The position numbers were made by a program, and so were the translations under genes. The notes under the pieces were generated by a model. It made no database searches. It was not told the origin of the DNA and saw only the letters and a program-made list of their open reading frames with translations. A DNA stretch of 64,000 bases. Origin: a virus. Taxonomy: Duplodnaviria; Caudoviricetes. Shown here piece by piece: positions 59,764-64,000 of the stretch; position 1 is the stretch's first letter, and each line of letters opens with the position of its first letter. The DNA lies in the IMG/VR virus record IMGVR_UViG_3300037846_000091, positions 1 through 64,000 of that record; one strand, written 5' to 3'.

Positions 59764-60852
59764 ATGACCACGCCAGTTTTTCCGAGCGCGACGAACCTCT
59801 TTATCCCCCAGGCAACTGGCCAGGTGATTGGGTTCCTCCGGAAGCCAGGCAAGTTCAAGCTTTTCGATTACGCCCAGCTGGTCAAGTCCACTCGCACGGG
59901 TGGCGACGGCTGGCCTGTCTGCCTCTTCACCACCATCGACCCCGACGCGCCGGTGCGAGTCGTCACCGACCAGGAGTACGCCTGGGAAGATGGCGACGAT
60001 CCCCCGGAAGGCAGCGGGATGATGGTGAACTTCACCACGACGGAAGTCCGCATGTTCCGGCGGGCCTATCCGTACCGGATCGGCGAGCAGGCCGCGGACA
60101 CTGCCAACCTCTTCCCCGTGCTGCCGGTCTACCGTCAGGTCGCGCTGATGGAGGCCATGACGAACAAAACGGCCCGCGTGTGGACGCTGCTCGACAACGC
60201 GACCAACTGGGGCAACAACACCGCCGATGCCAACGTGCTGAATGGCGGCAAGGGCAAGTGGACCACGGCCAGCGCCACCGAGGGCAGTCCCTACTATCTC
60301 GCCATCAAGCGGTCTGTCACCGCGGCCGTTCAGGCGATCAACCTGGCGACGAACAGCGTGGTTCAGCCAGAGGACCTGAAGCTCGTCATCAGCCCCATGC
60401 TGGCCATGAACGCGGCCAACTCCGGAGAAATCACGGATTACCTCAAGGGCAGCCCGTTCGCCAAGATGCAGCAGGAAGGCAAGGAGCGCGGCAAGAACCA
60501 GCAGTACGGCTTCCCCGATTACTACGGTGGGGTCGAGGTCGTGGTCGAGGACGCCAGCCGCGTGACCGACCGTCCCTACGGCGGCAGCAGCGCCGGCACC
60601 ACCAGTACCACGAACCGTAACTATATCAAGGGCGCGACCAACGCGGTGCTCATCAGCCGACAGGGTGGCCTGGATGGGGTCGAGGGCGCACCGAGTTTCA
60701 GTACTCTACAAATTTACTACTACAAGTACGAAATGGCCGTCGAAGAGCGTACAGATCAGTGGGCGAAAAGGGTGGATGGAAGAGTTCTGGATCAATTCAA
60801 GGAAGTCCTTTCGGCCTCGCGTGCTGGTTACGATATAACAAACTGTCAATAA
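59764..60852 (+). CDS. Major capsid protein (HK97 fold, gpE-like)
   Basis: 362 aa, follows scaffold and decoration genes. PEDLKLVISPMLA fits the capsid P-loop-adjacent pattern. Confidence 0.8.
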   Translation: MTTPVFPSATNLFIPQATGQVIGFLRKPGKFKLFDYAQLVKSTRTGGDGWPVCLFTTIDPDAPVRVVTDQEYAWEDGDDPPEGSGMMVNFTTTEVRMFRRAYPYRIGEQAADTANLFPVLPVYRQVALMEAMTNKTARVWTLLDNATNWGNNTADANVLNGGKGKWTTASATEGSPYYLAIKRSVTAAVQAINLATNSVVQPEDLKLVISPMLAMNAANSGEITDYLKGSPFAKMQQEGKERGKNQQYGFPDYYGGVEVVVEDASRVTDRPYGGSSAGTTSTTNRNYIKGATNAVLISRQGGLDGVEGAPSFSTLQIYYYKYEMAVEERTDQWAKRVDGRVLDQFKEVLSASRAGYDITNCQ

Positions 60853-61061
60853 AGGGATAGGTCAAGTAGAAAATGGCCTACAAGGACACACACGGCAACC
60901 TGGCGCTGCCGACTCTGGAAGATGGTCGCGTGCCGGTCAGCGACGACGCCGACAACAGCGTATTCGAGCAAATGCTGCTGGAGTTGCGGGCCATCCGAAT
61001 CGGCTTGGAATTGCAGCTTGGGATTGACCGGGACGACCTAATCGAAAAGGCGAGGTGATTT

Positions 61062-61721
61062 GTGGCAAACGTATTTGAGCTTGAGGTCGGCCCTTCGAGG
61101 GCGCCGGACAACACGGTGACGCGCGCCCGCGGCGGCAACCAGGGCGAAATCATTACCGGCGAGATGTCCGGCAAGCACTTTGAGCAGTGCCTGCGCGGCA
61201 AGACGTTCAATTACACCGTCGCCAGCCAGGCTCTCTTGCTCGCCGCCACGACCGGCGGGCACCCGACCGTCATCAACCCGATGGGCAGCCAATATCTGTT
61301 CATCCCGCTCTCCCTCACCATCGGCTTCATCTCGGGCACCACGGTCATCGGCTCTGTTGTCATCGGCGACACGCTGAACGTCGCCGGCGCCCCGGCCACG
61401 GGCGGCCCGATTCTGACAGCCACGCTTGCTACCCCCGTGGGCGCCTTCCGCGGCAGCGGCCCGAACGTCAAGAGCAACATGCTGTGGAGCCCGACGACGA
61501 ACACCTTCACCGCGGCCCCGACGATCAACGAGGCCACGGCCATCAACCTGGGCGCCGCCGACCCGACCAACAGCGGCGGGCCGCACAAGCACTACTTCGA
61601 CGGCCTGACGATCTACGGGCCCGGTTCGGCCATGTCGATCTGCTATTCGGTCACAACTTCGACCGCGCTTTTCAATATCACGCTGAAGGGTCTCGAGATC
61701 CCGATCCCGCAAACAGCGTAA
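61062..61721 (+). CDS. Virion structural protein
   Basis: Beta-rich Thr/Gly sequence downstream of the MCP, coupled to the 60873-61058 ORF. Confidence 0.55.
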   Translation: MANVFELEVGPSRAPDNTVTRARGGNQGEIITGEMSGKHFEQCLRGKTFNYTVASQALLLAATTGGHPTVINPMGSQYLFIPLSLTIGFISGTTVIGSVVIGDTLNVAGAPATGGPILTATLATPVGAFRGSGPNVKSNMLWSPTTNTFTAAPTINEATAINLGAADPTNSGGPHKHYFDGLTIYGPGSAMSICYSVTTSTALFNITLKGLEIPIPQTA

Positions 61722-61804
61722 GCAGCCACGCCGGGAGCGGAGCAAGCGGCGATAGTCGGAGCGTCCCCCGGATAGCCGGCACGCTTTCCGGCGGAGGAGA
61801 AACC

Positions 61805-62404
61805 GTGTCGGTATCCATCTCAAACCCTACCCCATATTTGCCTATCGCGCAGTTCCTCCTCCGCTGTGACGTGCGGACGGTGGCCAAGCTCTGTAGCGAC
61901 GACGGCACCGTTGCGGGCCTCGCCCCGGCCAATGCGACGACGCCAATACCGACCGCCAACATTATCTCGGCGCTGACCAACACCAGCACCCCCTACTACG
62001 CCAACCTGAACGCGGCCCTGACCGATGCGTCGGGGAGGCTGGAGTCGGCTTGTGTGCGGGGAAACATCTATGCACCGTCCGACCTGGCCAATGTGCTTTC
62101 GGGGAATAGTCTGGGGTATCTTTATCGCATCGTTACCGAACTGACGGTCTGCTACCTGTACGACCGCCGGCCCAACGCGCTGGCCGACATGGAGCCGCCG
62201 GCATTCTACGGGCGTGCCGAAGTCGAGCTTGCGGAACTGGCGAACGGGCAACGGATCTTCGCGCTGGACGTGACGGCTGACGCGGGCAGCACGTCGGGGG
62301 TTGCGATTGACCCGGTGGCGAGCCAGTTCAACCCGGTCACCAATGTATTAATTTGCCGCAGACTCTTTGGCCGGCGCGGCGCCCAAACCTGCCAGAACGA
62401 TTGA
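61805..62404 (+). CDS. Head-tail adaptor (Mu gp36/DUF1320-like)
   Basis: AALTDASGRLESAC.RG..Y...L...L.RIV.EL.V.YLYDRR...Y..A..EL..LA.G. Confidence 0.75.
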   Translation: MSVSISNPTPYLPIAQFLLRCDVRTVAKLCSDDGTVAGLAPANATTPIPTANIISALTNTSTPYYANLNAALTDASGRLESACVRGNIYAPSDLANVLSGNSLGYLYRIVTELTVCYLYDRRPNALADMEPPAFYGRAEVELAELANGQRIFALDVTADAGSTSGVAIDPVASQFNPVTNVLICRRLFGRRGAQTCQND

Positions 62405-62414
62405 GGGGTGAGGT

Positions 62415-62990
62415 ATGCCAGCGAGTCAGACATGTACGGGTCCGGTGTTCGTTCTGATCGGGACTAACCCGATCTATTACGTCGGCACCGGCCGCATGGG
62501 TCCGACCGTCGCGCTGCGCCCACACTATCGACCCGTCATCAATGACCTGACCGGCGAGGAACCCCTTGACGACGTGTTCGCCAGCCGCGGCGCCGTCACG
62601 ACGGTGGACTTCACGCGCTTCGACGAGACGGTGCTACGCCGCATCGAGAGCTTCCCTAATCGCGGCACCAGCCAGCCGGGAGTGACGCTGCCCGGTGACA
62701 TTGGCGCCATGATGATCGCGGAGGGTCTCGCCTATCCGCTCTACCTCTGGTACTCGCGCGGAGGTGCGGGACCCGGCGCCAACGCGCCCATGATCGCCAA
62801 CGGGATGCCGGTTGGCCGCCGCTATATCGCCAGCCGGGTGGACGGCGACATTGTTCGCAAGACCGGTAGCCAGCCCGGCGAAGTCCATATCGCCTGGCTT
62901 CACCGCCCCGTGCTGGTCAGGGGCGGCGCCGGTGGCACGACGATCTACGATTTCAACTTGTCGGCCCTCAACGTCGGAATGCTCTCCTAA
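62415..62990 (+). CDS. Probable tail tube protein
   Basis: Directly precedes the chaperone frameshift pair. G...V..D..G..P.D...G..T..FD pattern. Confidence 0.55.
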   Translation: MPASQTCTGPVFVLIGTNPIYYVGTGRMGPTVALRPHYRPVINDLTGEEPLDDVFASRGAVTTVDFTRFDETVLRRIESFPNRGTSQPGVTLPGDIGAMMIAEGLAYPLYLWYSRGGAGPGANAPMIANGMPVGRRYIASRVDGDIVRKTGSQPGEVHIAWLHRPVLVRGGAGGTTIYDFNLSALNVGMLS

Positions 62991-62993
62991 CCC

Positions 62994-63347
62994 ATGCCCG
63001 ACCCAAGCAAAATCTTCGGCCCGTTCGACCGCGGCGACGGCCAGCCAATTTACGCTGACCCGACCGCGGTCCTGCGTCGTCTCTGGCTTGGCGCCGGCGG
63101 CAAGCTGCACGAGGTGATGGAGAAGGCCAGGGGCGAGGACAGCGATGAATCCTGGCAGGCGCAGGACACCCTGGTTGCGGCAGCGCGCCCGGCGTTCGGC
63201 CTGGTGCCGTTCGATCCGCTGACGGGCCAAAGCTCCGACGACCACGCGCTGGACGTGCTGGACGAGTTCAACGCCTGGTACGAAAAAAAAAATCTGATAG
63301 CCGCTACCGAGCCGACCTCGCCGCCGTCTACGGCGCCCACGTCCTGA
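62994..63347 (+). CDS. Tail assembly chaperone (G-like)
   Basis: Ends WYEKKNL... over an A10 slippery run. Confidence 0.75.
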   Translation: MPDPSKIFGPFDRGDGQPIYADPTAVLRRLWLGAGGKLHEVMEKARGEDSDESWQAQDTLVAAARPAFGLVPFDPLTGQSSDDHALDVLDEFNAWYEKKNLIAATEPTSPPSTAPTS

Positions 63348-63592
63348 CACTTCACCCCGATACCCAATTCGAGCTATGGACACAGCTGCCGCGTGTGCGC
63401 CGGCAGCGCGCCTGCGATATGCTCAGGGCACTCTGTGCCGCGGCCAGCCACGACAGATTGGGCCGGGAGTGGGTTGACGCCGACGCGCCGCTGGCAGAGC
63501 AGGTGGACGAGCTCGAGTATCGGACGGCGATAGCCAGGGCGGACGCTGAGCGGATGGCGCGCCTGAACGCGGAGGTGCCCGATGGACCGTAA
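63283..63592 (+). CDS. -1 frameshift extension (GT-like chaperone)
   Basis: The -1 frame is open from the A10 run (63283-63292): KSDSRYRADLAAVYGAHVLTLHPDTQFELWTQLPRVRRQRACDML...DGP*. Confidence 0.8.
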
Positions 63593-64000
63593 GAAAGCTA
63601 GAGCGGCAGCGGCCAAGCTGGCGGCGAACGTGAAGGCCCGCGGCGAGAAGCAGCGCCGCATGATGGCCGGCGAGAAGGCGCCTGCACGTGCCGCGGGATT
63701 GCCGGCCAGCCCGAGCCAGCTGGCGAAGCGTGAGAACATCAAGGCTGCGGCGGCCGAGAACCGGGAAAAGCGCCTGGTGCTCGACAAGGGCTACACCCGC
63801 GAAGAAGCCAGGGCGATCATCGCCAAGCAGGACGCCGACAACGCCAGCCCCTCGCAGAAGCCGGTCACAACGATGGACGCCCGGCCTGACTCTCCAAAGC
63901 CGCCAGCGACACCACCGGCATTGCCGTCAAGCACTGTGGCGGCAAGGCCACAAAGCAAGCAATCCCTGGTGGAGGCTGACAAGGCTTCGGTGCAGAAGTC
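63582..64000 (+). CDS. 5' part of a probable tape measure protein (open at the window end)
   Basis: ATG at 63582 overlaps the GT end. Ala/Lys-rich (MDRKKARAAAAKLAANVK...). Canonical position. Confidence 0.55.
   Translation, partial: MDRKKARAAAAKLAANVKARGEKQRRMMAGEKAPARAAGLPASPSQLAKRENIKAAAAENREKRLVLDKGYTREEARAIIAKQDADNASPSQKPVTTMDARPDSPKPPATPPALPSSTVAARPQSKQSLVEADKASVQK

Overview
This window reads as about 64 kb of one temperate, probably siphovirus-type bacteriophage. It is GC-rich and almost entirely + strand. A Planctomycetota host (Gemmataceae-like) is my inference from the style of the integrase, RHH regulators, CsrA and c-type cytochrome proteins. Layout: (1) 1-12.4 kb, accessory/envelope block with a ParB-like protein, a densely structured non-coding stretch, a glycosyltransferase, two secreted CxxCH cytochrome-like proteins, a DUF5662-like protein, small membrane proteins and a sedolisin (S53) protease. 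(2) 13039-16890, an IS903-like cargo transposon (17-bp TIRs, 9-bp TSD) that splits a small phage gene and carries a truncated type I-like N6-methylase and a 5'-truncated transposase. (3) 17.6-21 kb, a promoter plus only the 5' half of tRNA-Lys(CTT) (probable attP), a tyrosine integrase, a Xis-like protein and a tandem-RHH repressor. (4) 21-40 kb, early/replication genes: CsrA, DUF1937, DUF3268, LexA-like, SWIM, replication initiator, RNase H, AEP-primase/DnaB fusion, Dam and an endonuclease. (5) 40-64 kb, packaging and morphogenesis: TerS/TerL, a 1653-aa portal with repeated internal motifs, a beta-helix protein, GT plus radical SAM, KTSC, protease/scaffold, decoration, major capsid, Mu gp36-like adaptor, tail tube, a -1 frameshift chaperone and the start of a probable tape measure. 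All family calls come from motif recognition by eye, with no database searches. Small early ORFs without recognisable motifs are grouped rather than listed singly.
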